Shown piece after piece: positions 28,615-38,800 of a stretch of 64,000 bases of DNA. Below the pieces are notes generated by a model. It was not told the DNA's origin and did not search any database. It worked only from the letters and a program-made list of their open reading frames with translations. The position numbers and the translations under genes were made by a program. Origin of the DNA: Spirochaetota bacterium (lineage in GTDB: Bacteria; Spirochaetota; UBA4802; UBA5550); NCBI GenBank assembly GCA_963663865.1, contig OY760686.1:2368001-2432000 (forward strand), written 5' to 3'. Positions within the stretch are counted from its first letter, which is position 1. Each line of letters opens with the position of its first letter.

Positions 28615-29966
28615 AGGCCAGAGTCCTGCACCATCATTACTGAAACAGCGGTCAACCTTCCCCCGCCGGCTTTCGTTGACTCCTTAAGTGCTGAGTCTGC
28701 TCTGTGAACTATCTCCTCAGCTGTAAGGGCGGAAGAGCCGGCATTTAGTTCAAAGCTCACGCATCCTCCGCTCAGGGTAACAGGCATCTTCCCGTCCGGT
28801 GTCACAATGGCCCTGTTCCCCAATTCAGCCCGGATATTTTCAGCGGTTTTTTCTATTTCCTCTCTGCTCCCTTTCAGAATAATGAAAAAGCCTGAAGGTC
28901 CGCGTTTTCCTGCTATTGAACCGGACGGGCACAGTGAGACTATTCTCCGTGATGTTTCAAGCAATATGATCTTGCCTGTCTGAGCTCCGTACATCTGGTT
29001 CATCGCGGCATAGCTTTCAATATCGAGCAGCAGCACCCCGGCGCCTCCGCCTTTGGAGCGGGCGGTCTGAAGTTCCTCTCTAAGCCTCTGCAGCATATAC
29101 TCGTATGAAGGCAATGATGTCAGTTCATCTACAACAGAAAGCTGTACTTGTTCGGACACCTTCTTCTTAGCGGCCTCAATCTCATCGGTGAGATTTCTCA
29201 TATTGGACTCATATGAATCGGCCATGAGGTTAAATCCCCGCGAGAGCGAGCCGAACTCGTCGTCCCTCTCTGTCAGATCAACCCTCAGTGACAGATTGCC
29301 CCCAGATATTGCCCTGGCGGCCATGCTCAGCTTTTTGACGGGGACTATAATGTACCTGTAGAGAATTCCGGCAAATAGAGCGTGAAATAAAAAAACCACA
29401 ATGATGACATAGATTGACTGCTTATAGAGCCCCCTCATGGAGTCCGCGATGCGTTCTATGTTCTGCCTGATATAGATTATGGAATCTTCTGAAAGAATAT
29501 CATTCAGAGGGACATAGAAGTGAATCAGGTTGTCAGGTTCGTCAACCCTCATGTAATACTCCCTGCCTGAAAAGGTCATTGCCGTCATGGCACGCTGAAC
29601 ATCCTCCCTGTATGAAGACGGCAGGGTGAAGTCTGAAGAGGACCGCGCAACTATCTCGCCCCTTTCTGAAAGAAAAGCGTAATCAGCGTAGTGCGGCGTA
29701 ATCGTTTCCGCGAGGTCAGAGAACGCTCTGTTTCCGTCTGAGGGTTTAAACATGCTTCCTGAACCGGCCTCTTTATTGAATTTTCTGATGGAATTTACAA
29801 GCGAATAGAGCTTTTTCTCTGCGGCAAGAACAGTGTTATTGCTTATCAGTTCAACCTGGTTTTCTGATATAATCGATATGATGAACGAAAGATTTATCAA
29901 TGACAGCATACCGTATACGAAGAAGATTTTAAAACCGGCTGATTTAAAAAAGCTTTTATCTGGCAT
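28611..29966 (-). CDS. Membrane sensor with HAMP and degenerate GGDEF domain
   Basis: Start moved to ATG 29966; two TMs, HAMP (DDEFGSLSRGFNLM), DELTSLPS; GGDEF position reads GPSGF. Confidence 0.75.
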   Translation of the reverse strand: MPDKSFFKSAGFKIFFVYGMLSLINLSFIISIISENQVELISNNTVLAAEKKLYSLVNSIRKFNKEAGSGSMFKPSDGNRAFSDLAETITPHYADYAFLSERGEIVARSSSDFTLPSSYREDVQRAMTAMTFSGREYYMRVDEPDNLIHFYVPLNDILSEDSIIYIRQNIERIADSMRGLYKQSIYVIIVVFLFHALFAGILYRYIIVPVKKLSMAARAISGGNLSLRVDLTERDDEFGSLSRGFNLMADSYESNMRNLTDEIEAAKKKVSEQVQLSVVDELTSLPSYEYMLQRLREELQTARSKGGGAGVLLLDIESYAAMNQMYGAQTGKIILLETSRRIVSLCPSGSIAGKRGPSGFFIILKGSREEIEKTAENIRAELGNRAIVTPDGKMPVTLSGGCVSFELNAGSSALTAEEIVHRADSALKESTKAGGGRLTAVSVMMVQDSGL

Positions 29967-30303
29967 ACCATACAATCCATCTGAAAATTTTTCTGCAATG
30001 CTCAAGCTGAACACTCTGTTAAGATTATTGCAACATATTTTCTCATTGAAGCCGATATCCCCCCTTATTTCAACAGAACTGTACATAAATAATTTTTTGT
30101 TGCACAGCGCTAAGGCACTGTTATAATAGCAATTAAAGTTGCTCCGATTGCGGCCTGAAGGCCTGTTTACCTTCGCTGAGAAAATAGTTGACGCGCCGGG
30201 CATGTAAATTGAGAACAACACCAGTGGATTATTCACTTATCAGTTATAAAACCGGCCTGCAGCCGCTGACTCACTGAAAACATTATATTCAGGTGATAAA
30301 ATC

Positions 30304-32850
30304 ATGAACAACTCTTTACGGCTGACAGAATTTAAAAGAACAGTCGAAAACCGTTTCAATGTCTACAACAGCATTTTCCTCAACCTGCCCTTCAGAAAGA
30401 TACACAATACCGGGATGCTTATCCCCCTTCTTTTCCGTGCCTGCGAGGAGGGGATTGAGGCTGGTAAAAATCCTGAAGCGATTCTTGATGATTTCTTCGC
30501 CACCAACGCGAGGCTTGAAAATGACGACGACAAATTGAGCTTCATGTTCCGTATAATACAGTACGTTGAAAGGCAGGTGGTACTTTACGACAGCATCGAA
30601 GACTCTTCATTCCGGAAGATGAGGCTTCTCAGCAACGATATTACCCTGCACGACATTGTACACATTGCCGAAAACAGGGGCCAGCTCAACATACTGAAAT
30701 CGAAGCTGGAGGATTTCAGCGCGCGCCTTGTGCTTACGGCCCACCCGACACAGTTCTATCCGCCATCTGTCCTTGAGATAATATCCAGATTAAGACAGCT
30801 CATCGACGAAAACAACCTCAACGAGATCGAAATGCTGCTGCAGCAGCTTGGACTCACTTCGCTTATGAACCGTGAAAAGCCCACTCCGGTTGACGAAGCA
30901 AAGAACATCATCTACTATCTGAGAAGTGTTTACTACAGAGCCGTCGGTGACCTTTACAGTCACATCAAAAAAATTATTCCCGGCAACGGATTAGACAATC
31001 CGGACATCATTAAGCTCGGATTCTGGGCCGGCGGAGACCGTGACGGCAACCCCTTCGTCACAGCGGACATCACCCTTGAGGTTGCCGACGAGCTGCGGAT
31101 GACGCTGATGAAATGCTATTACGGCGACCTGAAGGCCCTCAGCCGGAAGCTGACCTTCCCTTTAATTGATGAACTCATCGCAGAAATCCGCCTCAAGGTA
31201 TATAATACCATGTTCAACGCCGGCGAGCTGATCACTCACGAGGAAATCCTCGCCCCGCTGCGCGAGGTACGTACACTTCTTGTTGACCGCTACAACAGCA
31301 TCTATCTCGACGACGTAGAGTCGCTCATTGACAAGGTCCGCATTTTTAGAACCCATTTTGCCGTTCTCGACATCAGGCAGGACCACAGCGTTCACAAAAA
31401 AACCATCGAATACATTCTCAAAAAAAAGGGCATTATTAATCAAGGGGCAGATGAAGTCTCTGCTGACAGGCTGCTTTCTCTGCTGCTCACTGAAAATCTC
31501 CGTGTCGATCTGAAAGACTTCGAAGACGGCATTGAGAAGGAAACCGTAAAGACTATAATGCAGTTAGGCTCTGTGCAGAAACGCAACGGCGAGGAAGGCT
31601 GCTGCCGCTACATCATAAGCAACGCAGAGGATGAGTTTGCCGTAATGTTCGTCTATGCCCTCCTGAAGTGGTACGGGCCGGACAGCGAACGCATCACCTT
31701 CGACATTATACCGCTCTATGAAACGATGAGCGGCATGAAAACCTCCGCCGATACCATGAGGAAGCTTTTCAGCATTCCGGAATACAGAAAGCACATATCC
31801 GAAAGAAAGGACAGACAGACCATAATGCTCGGGTTCTCCGACGGCACCAAGGACGGCGGATACCTGAAGGCCAACTGGTCAATATTCAAGACCAAGGAAG
31901 ACCTCACAGCCGTATGCGGGGAGCATGGCATCAAGCCCGTGTTCTTCGACGGCCGCGGAGGACCTCCCGCGCGGGGCGGCGGCAAGACCCAGCGCTTTTA
32001 CGCGGCCCAGTCCAACCGCATTGCCAATCATGAGATACAGCTCACTATTCAGGGCCAGACCATCACCAGCATTTACGGCACCGAAGAGCACTTCAGCCAC
32101 AACTTTGAGCAGCTGCTCGTTGCCGGAATGACAAACTGCCTTTCGGGAAAGGACAATGTCATATCCGAAGACTCGAGGGCGCTCATTGAAGAGCTCTCCG
32201 AGATAAGCTATGAGTCCTATACATCGCTCAAGAACCACGAGATGTTCGTGCCCTACCTTGAGAACAGAAGCCCGCTGAAATACTACGGAAAGGCAAAGAT
32301 AGGCAGCAGGCCGGCCAAAAGGACAAAGGCCGAGAAACTCGACCTCAAGGACCTCAGGGCGATACCCTTTGTCGGCTCGTGGAGCCAGATAAAGCAGAAC
32401 GTCCCCGGATACTACGGCATCGGCACAGCGCTCAGGAGGCTCGCTGACTCAGGAAGGCTTGAAGAGCTCAAAAAGGCCTTTCAGGAAGTACCCTTCTTCA
32501 GGGCCCTCATTCTGAACAGCATGATGTCGCTTATCAAGTGCAACTTCGGGCTTACGAAGTACCTGTCAGAAGATCCGGAATACGGGGGCTTCTGGAAAAT
32601 GCTCTACGATGAATACGAGCTATCAACAGAGATGACGCTGCTCATTTCGGGCTACAGCACACTGATGGAGAAGGAGCCAGTAACGAGAAGCTCAATTCTC
32701 ATCAGGGAGAGAATTGTGCTTCCACTTCTGATCATTCAGCAGTACGCCCTCATGAAGCTCGAAAGCGGCGACGAGAACCGGGAGGTCTACGAGAAGATTA
32801 TTGAGCGGTCCATGTACGGAAACATCAACGCGAACCGTAATTCTGCGTGA
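30304..32850 (+). CDS. ppc: Phosphoenolpyruvate carboxylase
   Basis: [45 protein letters not shown]; C-terminal RNSA. Confidence 0.95.
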   Translation: MNNSLRLTEFKRTVENRFNVYNSIFLNLPFRKIHNTGMLIPLLFRACEEGIEAGKNPEAILDDFFATNARLENDDDKLSFMFRIIQYVERQVVLYDSIEDSSFRKMRLLSNDITLHDIVHIAENRGQLNILKSKLEDFSARLVLTAHPTQFYPPSVLEIISRLRQLIDENNLNEIEMLLQQLGLTSLMNREKPTPVDEAKNIIYYLRSVYYRAVGDLYSHIKKIIPGNGLDNPDIIKLGFWAGGDRDGNPFVTADITLEVADELRMTLMKCYYGDLKALSRKLTFPLIDELIAEIRLKVYNTMFNAGELITHEEILAPLREVRTLLVDRYNSIYLDDVESLIDKVRIFRTHFAVLDIRQDHSVHKKTIEYILKKKGIINQGADEVSADRLLSLLLTENLRVDLKDFEDGIEKETVKTIMQLGSVQKRNGEEGCCRYIISNAEDEFAVMFVYALLKWYGPDSERITFDIIPLYETMSGMKTSADTMRKLFSIPEYRKHISERKDRQTIMLGFSDGTKDGGYLKANWSIFKTKEDLTAVCGEHGIKPVFFDGRGGPPARGGGKTQRFYAAQSNRIANHEIQLTIQGQTITSIYGTEEHFSHNFEQLLVAGMTNCLSGKDNVISEDSRALIEELSEISYESYTSLKNHEMFVPYLENRSPLKYYGKAKIGSRPAKRTKAEKLDLKDLRAIPFVGSWSQIKQNVPGYYGIGTALRRLADSGRLEELKKAFQEVPFFRALILNSMMSLIKCNFGLTKYLSEDPEYGGFWKMLYDEYELSTEMTLLISGYSTLMEKEPVTRSSILIRERIVLPLLIIQQYALMKLESGDENREVYEKIIERSMYGNINANRNSA

Positions 32851-32864
32851 GCAAAAACAAACAG

Positions 32865-32885
32865 CCGGGCCCTTCGAGGGCCCGG
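32865..32885. terminator. Hairpin after ppc
   Basis: ccgggccct-tcg-agggcccgg. Confidence 0.65.
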
Positions 32886-33023
32886 AAAATGCATTTTTTC
32901 GTCAGAGATTAGATAATGTACAATATCGATAAACGCGGCAATCTCTCATTAAAACAGAAAAATCGGGGAAACGGCTTTGAAATTTCAGGTTAATCTTCCC
33001 AGTTCAGATTATTAATTACTATT

Positions 33024-33635
33024 TTATTCAGCCCGCGCAAATGTATAAGTTGATTTTAAAGACGTATCTCTACTGTTATTCAAATACAGGAAACTATTGT
33101 CTTCAGAAAGACTTAGCTCCATATTTGAAGGCAGTTCTATGCCGTTGCTTGAATAACAAACCTCTTCACCATTGAACGTATACTCCTGAGTATCATCACA
33201 TTCCTGCGTTTTATCAACACTTAATATAATTACAGGATAATTTGAATCATCAATATCAGACTGTACATAATACAAAATTATTTTACCAAAAAGAACAAGC
33301 TCGTTATTTTTAAACATCTTAAAAATGCCGGTCTCTTCGATTTTCAGAAGGTCATAATCTTCGGTAACGGAATCAGTACAGCTTACAGCTAAATCCCCTC
33401 CGCATAGTGAAGACGGCACCCAGCTGCTATAAACGGCCATATAATTATCAGGAAATATTTCCTCATCATAGTAATAATTTTCCGGGAGATTGGCGGTATC
33501 ATTGAGTCTGGTAATGTCAGAACCAATGTTTGATGCATCATCAGAATCTGTTGTATCACACGAAGGAATCATTAAAACTGTTAAAATACATATCAGCATA
33601 GACACAAACACACTAACGAACTGTGAACTTTTCAT
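33024..33635 (-). CDS. Hypothetical acidic lipoprotein (AT-rich gene)
   Basis: MIPS-C lipobox-like; AGGAGG RBS. Confidence 0.7.
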   Translation of the reverse strand: MKSSQFVSVFVSMLICILTVLMIPSCDTTDSDDASNIGSDITRLNDTANLPENYYYDEEIFPDNYMAVYSSWVPSSLCGGDLAVSCTDSVTEDYDLLKIEETGIFKMFKNNELVLFGKIILYYVQSDIDDSNYPVIILSVDKTQECDDTQEYTFNGEEVCYSSNGIELPSNMELSLSEDNSFLYLNNSRDTSLKSTYTFARAE

Positions 33636-33929
33636 TTCTCATCCTCCTGTATTTTAAAAAGCACATCCATTTAATTATAGTAACATAAGCACACTTAAGT
33701 CAATATATTTTTAAAATTTTAAATTCTTGCATCCAAAATAAGGCATGGTTGATTCTCATACGATTAGAACAATACCGCTAATCTGTGATGGAAAGAAAAA
33801 CTATGGTGAAGCATTCGCCTTCACAAGAATCAGGAAATCGATTGAAGTTCAGCAATGCCAGAAAAGACCCTGATGTATGTTCAACTGTTTTCATGGGACA
33901 GGCAAGTCAGAAATGATTTATTGAATCCC

Positions 33930-34811
33930 TCACTGATGAAGACTGCCGCATATCTCCCAGAAAACGCGTACCGGCGCCGGGACAATGCCCGTTTTGCGCG
34001 TACAGAAACCCACCCTGTAAGGCTTTAAAGCAGGCTTTATCTCAAGAACTCTGATGCCGTCCTTAAGCGGGCTCTGGTCGAGGACAAGGCCTGGCACAAC
34101 GCCTATCCCGCAGCCCAGGCTGACCATAGCGATAATGGCCTCGTTGCCGGAGACATCGGCATAGACGTTCATCTTCTTCATCTTGACTCTGAACATGTCC
34201 TCAACGCGTTCTCTTGCAAGCCCCTGCTCCGGCAGTATGAGCGGCAGGTCCCACCATGACCTCCAGTCGGCTTTGAGTCTGTCGCTAACATAGCATCCGC
34301 ACTCCGGTGCTATGAACAGCAAGGGCGTGACTGAGTGTTCAAGAAAGTCAATATCATCCGGAAGCATATCCGGCCTTGCCGCTACAGAAATATCCGCGGC
34401 CCTGTCCTGAAGCATTCTGACAGCCCTCGACTCCTCTCCAGTTTTAAGCTTGATATGCACCTTCGGATACTCTGCCCTGAACCTGTCCAGGATACCATGG
34501 AGAACACCGTAAGCGGCCGTTACGGAACAGTATATATTGATTTCGCCCTGAAGCTCCTCCTCGGCTGTCCTTTCCCTGAAAAGCCTCCACCTGTTCAGCG
34601 CGTCAGATGCATATTCCTTGAAAAGCCGTCCAGCGGGAGTAATAAGCACTCTGCGGTTGTCGCGTATAAACAGCTGCTGCCCTGTTTCCTTTTCAAGACG
34701 CTGAATAATCCGGCTCAGCCCCGAAGGCGTTATAAAACACTCACGGCTTGTTTTGCCAAAATGAAGCGTTTCTGACAGATGCAGAAACAGCTTTAATGAA
34801 TCAAGATCCAT
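33930..34811 (-). CDS. ilvY: LysR-family activator IlvY
   Basis: LHFGKTS...PSGLSR.IQRLE HTH, YCSVTAAY, VSGNEAIIAMVSLGCG; divergent from ilvC. Confidence 0.88.
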   Translation of the reverse strand: MDLDSLKLFLHLSETLHFGKTSRECFITPSGLSRIIQRLEKETGQQLFIRDNRRVLITPAGRLFKEYASDALNRWRLFRERTAEEELQGEINIYCSVTAAYGVLHGILDRFRAEYPKVHIKLKTGEESRAVRMLQDRAADISVAARPDMLPDDIDFLEHSVTPLLFIAPECGCYVSDRLKADWRSWWDLPLILPEQGLARERVEDMFRVKMKKMNVYADVSGNEAIIAMVSLGCGIGVVPGLVLDQSPLKDGIRVLEIKPALKPYRVGFCTRKTGIVPAPVRVFWEICGSLHQ

Positions 34812-34857
34812 TGGGATTAACCTTTATTGATATTTTATCAACACTACATTCTTTTTA

Positions 34858-34873
34858 TTTCATATAATGCAAC
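34858..34873. promoter_or_regulatory. Candidate IlvY operator (LysR-type dyad)
   Basis: Minus strand GTTGCA-ttata-TGAAA, similar to the TTGCA-N5-TGCAA IlvY-type dyad, about 50 bp upstream of ilvY. Confidence 0.4.
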
Positions 34874-34993
34874 CACTTATTTTATTTACATTGAAAGGGC
34901 ATGACAGACTAAGTTCCTTATCGCGGGCCGCATTCTTAAAACATTGAGAACTGCCGTCGCGGAATCATTTAACAAAAAAATGGAGAAAGCATT

Positions 34994-36466
34994 ATGGAGC
35001 TTAATTTTGAAACATCGGCATTTGAAAAGGAAAAGGTACAGATGGGAACTTCCTTCGAATACATCGTTAAGGGCGGAAGAGACAAATTCAGCAGACTCTC
35101 AGATGCCTTCAGCGGAATTGAACAGATTGGAGTAATCGGATGGGGCTCGCAGGGATTCGCCCAGTCACAGAACCTGCGGGATTCGCTTGAAGGGACCGGC
35201 ATCAGGGTTAAAGTAGGTTTGCGGAACGGGTCATCTTCTGCGGTAGAAGCGGAAAAAGCCGGTTTTTCCGCAAAGGACAACACACTCGGTGAGATGATGG
35301 ACGTCGTCTCTGAATCAGACCTTGTCATACTTCTGATTTCCGACGCGGCCCAGGTTGAGCTCTATCCACAGATTTTCAAGGCCCTCAAGCCTGGCGCGAC
35401 CCTCGGGCTTTCACACGGATTTCTCGTCGGATACCTGGAATCTAAAGGTGAGTCATTTCCGGAGAATATCAACATCATCGGTGTCTGCCCCAAGGGAATG
35501 GGATTGTCTGTAAGAAGGCTCTACGAACAGGGCCGTGAGATTGGAGGCGCGGGAATAAACACAAGCTTCGCTGTCTATCAGGATGTTGACGGAAGGGCAA
35601 CGGATTACGCCTTAGGCTGGTCGGTGGCTATCGGCGCGCCGTACATATTCATGACAACACTGGAAAACGAATACAAGTCGGACATCTACGGCGAAAGAGG
35701 AATTCTGCTCGGGGCTGTTTACGGAATAGTTGAAAGCGTTTACAGACGCTATCAGGCTGAGGGGAAAACACCGGAAGCAGCCTACCTTTCAACAGTTGAA
35801 TCTATTGCCGGCCCAATATCGGCGCTTATCTCCAAAAAAGGCCTGAAGGCCGTGTACGAGTCTTTCAACGACGAGGAAAAAGCGTTATACAAAAAGGCGT
35901 TCACAGCGGCCTACAACCCCGCGTTCAGCGTTCTTCTGGAAATGTACGATGAAGTCGCAAGCGGCAACGAAATCAACTCTGTCATCCTTGCCGGCAAAAG
36001 AGCAAAACGTTTCCCTATAAGCAAAATAGAAAACAGCCCGATGTGGAAGACCGGGAAGAAGGTCCGCGAGAACAGAGATTACAGCAAAATACCTGTTGAT
36101 CCGTTTGTAGCAGGAATCTACATGGCTGTCATGGCAGCCCAGATAGATGTGCTGGCAGAACATGGGCATCCCGGCTCAGAGATAGCGAATGAATCCGTTA
36201 TTGAGGCTGTAGATTCGCTGAACCCGTTCATGTTCGCTCAGGGACTCTCGTCAATGGTTGATAACTGTTCGGTGACCGCCCGCCTTGGAGCCAGGAAGTG
36301 GGCCCCGAAATTCCATTACATGCTTGAAGAGGAAGTATATCCTGCAATAGACAGCGGCGCTCCCGCTGACGAGGATATTTTCAACAAGTTCATGAACAAT
36401 CCGATTCACGACGTAATCGCCGTATGCGCTGAGCTCAGGCCGAGCGTCGATATAAAGGTCCAGTAG
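34994..36466 (+). CDS. ilvC: Ketol-acid reductoisomerase, long plant-like class II form
   Basis: IGVIGWGSQG, LSHGF, CPKGMG, EYKSDIYGERG, NESVIEAVDSL; 490 aa. Confidence 0.93.
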   Translation: MELNFETSAFEKEKVQMGTSFEYIVKGGRDKFSRLSDAFSGIEQIGVIGWGSQGFAQSQNLRDSLEGTGIRVKVGLRNGSSSAVEAEKAGFSAKDNTLGEMMDVVSESDLVILLISDAAQVELYPQIFKALKPGATLGLSHGFLVGYLESKGESFPENINIIGVCPKGMGLSVRRLYEQGREIGGAGINTSFAVYQDVDGRATDYALGWSVAIGAPYIFMTTLENEYKSDIYGERGILLGAVYGIVESVYRRYQAEGKTPEAAYLSTVESIAGPISALISKKGLKAVYESFNDEEKALYKKAFTAAYNPAFSVLLEMYDEVASGNEINSVILAGKRAKRFPISKIENSPMWKTGKKVRENRDYSKIPVDPFVAGIYMAVMAAQIDVLAEHGHPGSEIANESVIEAVDSLNPFMFAQGLSSMVDNCSVTARLGARKWAPKFHYMLEEEVYPAIDSGAPADEDIFNKFMNNPIHDVIAVCAELRPSVDIKVQ

Positions 36467-36484
36467 CAGAAGCCTCACCTCTCC

Positions 36485-36515
36485 CGGTTTCATGCGGAAT
36501 TCCCGCATGAAACCG
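36485..36515 (+). terminator. Terminator after ilvC
   Basis: cggtttcatgcgg-aattc-ccgcatgaaaccg followed by ctttctctt. Confidence 0.75.
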
Positions 36516-36707
36516 CTTTCTCTTGCAGTGAATCTCCTTCATTATTTTTAGTTCTTCAATAAACTCATTTTTCTGGAAATATTTTCTCTGCTGAATATAT
36601 TTAAAGTACCAGCCGCTTTTGGTATCTGTTATACTTTTCTGCCTTTTCAGGTTTATGGCCTGTTCCCATAACAGGGAACGGAGAGATGTGCAAAACTAAA
36701 TCGGAGG

Positions 36708-37364
36708 ATGAGGATGAGAATTAAAGGAAAAGTGTATTTGTTGTTCTGTCTGGTCTCTTTAATTGTTCTAATTGGATGCGGAGGCGATGACACAGATGGT
36801 GTCGGAGGCGCCGGAGCTGATTTTGATGCCTCTCTCTACTATTCAAAAACTGATCTCGACGGAGGCGCGCTGGACGGCAGGTACTTTACGGAAACAGAGC
36901 TTAACACCGGAGAGCTGGACTCAAGGTACTATCAAAAAACTGATGTCGACGCGCTTGTGCCCTCTGTTGACGACACAACATGTTTCCTTGACGGATACGA
37001 CAGCTCTGGGACTCCAGCTCCGTTCGGATGGGACAGCCGCACAGACAGTCAGTCAAATGAAACATCAAGCAGTTACGCCGGTTGGACTGTCCCGGATGAC
37101 GCAAGATTCGCGCTTTTCCAAATAGAGATTAACAACTGCACCGCTACGACTCCGGTCAGCATAACCTGGGCGGCTGACATTAATAATTCGGCAGCAACCA
37201 TCACGATCCATCAGGATCTGTTTAAATCTTCGGTTACAACCTGCTTTGTGCCTGTATCAAATTTCCAGGGTGATACGCTCTACGCCTACATCGGCATGGG
37301 ATTTGACCCGGGAATAACCTATGCTAATCCAATATCAATACGGCCTGTAATATACTTCAGGTAG
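36708..37364 (+). CDS. Hypothetical lipoprotein with three 15-aa Y(Y/F)xxT(D/E)(L/V) repeats
   Basis: LIG-C lipobox; LYYSKTDL / RYFTETEL / RYYQKTDV. Confidence 0.75.
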   Translation: MRMRIKGKVYLLFCLVSLIVLIGCGGDDTDGVGGAGADFDASLYYSKTDLDGGALDGRYFTETELNTGELDSRYYQKTDVDALVPSVDDTTCFLDGYDSSGTPAPFGWDSRTDSQSNETSSSYAGWTVPDDARFALFQIEINNCTATTPVSITWAADINNSAATITIHQDLFKSSVTTCFVPVSNFQGDTLYAYIGMGFDPGITYANPISIRPVIYFR

Positions 37365-37405
37365 CATATCTGAGGGCCTCCTGCCCCGGGCGGGAGGCCC
37401 TCGCT

Positions 37406-38020
37406 ATGGAGAAGATAATGAAGCTTGTACACTTAATATTGCTGTTCAGCTTAGTGTCGCCCTTCTGCTCTCCTGACAGGCCATCAGTTGATGGGCCTCA
37501 CCGATGGGCCGCATCCTCGATAGAATTCTATCTCAATAAGGAAGCTAACTTCCTTACAGAGACGGTTGTCCGGGAGACCTTCCAGAGCTGGGCTGAAAAG
37601 ACACACTTCAGCTTTGTGTACAAAGGACGTAACAAAGCAGGAATCATCAGGGATGGGAAAAACACTGTTTCCTTCCTGATTCGATGGCCCAATGATATCC
37701 CGATCAATAAGACGGCGTACTGCAGGTCATGGTACGACAGAAAGGGCAATATTATTGAATCCGACATCATATTCAACATGCAGCTTGCCAGATTTACGAC
37801 CCTTCGCACAAACAAACCGGACTCATACTTAATTGAAGGTGTTCTTTCGCATGAAATCGGGCACATGATCGGACTCAATCACATCGATAACAAGCAAAGC
37901 CTTATGAAGAGCTTCTCTCCTGTAGAGGAATCGTACTTCAAAGGCAGAATTGACAGTCTCACCATAAACGCCTACAGAGAGCTCTACTCCGCGGTCTTTC
38001 AGGATGAAAAGCGAAAATGA
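37406..38020 (+). CDS. Matrixin-like (M10, metzincin) metallopeptidase
   Basis: HEIGHMIGLNH zinc motif, Met-turn SLM, ESDIIFN. Confidence 0.85.
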   Translation: MEKIMKLVHLILLFSLVSPFCSPDRPSVDGPHRWAASSIEFYLNKEANFLTETVVRETFQSWAEKTHFSFVYKGRNKAGIIRDGKNTVSFLIRWPNDIPINKTAYCRSWYDRKGNIIESDIIFNMQLARFTTLRTNKPDSYLIEGVLSHEIGHMIGLNHIDNKQSLMKSFSPVEESYFKGRIDSLTINAYRELYSAVFQDEKRK

Positions 38021-38147
38021 TTCGATTACGCCGATATCCCCAACCCAAAAAAATATAGTTGATGCAAAAGTTGCTTTAGAAATAATTCTTTATCTTTAAG
38101 ATATTAAATGCTGTAATGGAGTATATAATAATTATCTGGAGGCTCTC

Positions 38148-38759
38148 ATGAAACAACGCCGCATAATCTTTCTTTTATTAGCAGCGGGCTTTTTTTTCTC
38201 ACTCATCCCTGGTCTTTCCGCCACGGACTTCAGCGGAATATGGATAGTTAAAAAGGATAAATACCAGATTGTGGTCAATAAAAGCGGCAGCGGCTACAGC
38301 TTCAAAAAGATTTCATTCTGGAAGGGGAAACGCAGCGAACATTCTGGAACCTTTACGGTCAGGGGCAACCGCCTTCAGATAAAATATGCCGCCGGAACAA
38401 CCGCCTCAGCTGTCATCAAAACGCCTGAGCACTTTGTCGAATCGTCGACAGTAAACTGGGAAAAAGTCAAAAACTCAACCGACTTCCCTTCATTTTCCAT
38501 CAGCGGTAAATGGAAGCATTTCAACTCGGAAATAATACTGACGCAAAAGGGAAATACTGTTACCGGGAAGAAGATGTTTAACGGCAAGGTTATGTCAAAT
38601 TACACCGGCCTGATCGAAGGGTACCTTTTGAAGCTTAAAGAGGAGCAGCAGGGCGCCCGTCCCATGGAACTTTCATTGCTGATACTTGACAACAGCAGAA
38701 TACTATTTGCCGCCGGATGGGGTCCCAGAGACAATCTCTGGGAAAGAGTGAAACCATAG
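38148..38759 (+). CDS. Secreted hypothetical protein with two tandem small beta-domains
   Basis: Signal peptide; FSGIW... and ISGKW... repeats. Confidence 0.65.
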   Translation: MKQRRIIFLLLAAGFFFSLIPGLSATDFSGIWIVKKDKYQIVVNKSGSGYSFKKISFWKGKRSEHSGTFTVRGNRLQIKYAAGTTASAVIKTPEHFVESSTVNWEKVKNSTDFPSFSISGKWKHFNSEIILTQKGNTVTGKKMFNGKVMSNYTGLIEGYLLKLKEEQQGARPMELSLLILDNSRILFAAGWGPRDNLWERVKP

Positions 38760-38781
38760 AGCTCTGACTTTCCATTACTCT

Positions 38782-38800
38782 GGGCGGCGCCAGGCCGCCC
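38782..38800. terminator. Hairpin between convergent genes
   Basis: gggcggc-gccag-gccgccc. Confidence 0.45.

Noticed and set aside
29967-30236. 90-aa N-terminal extension of the HAMP-GGDEF ORF
   Set aside because: Looks like read-through of the divergent promoter region; ATG 29966 directly precedes the first TM segment
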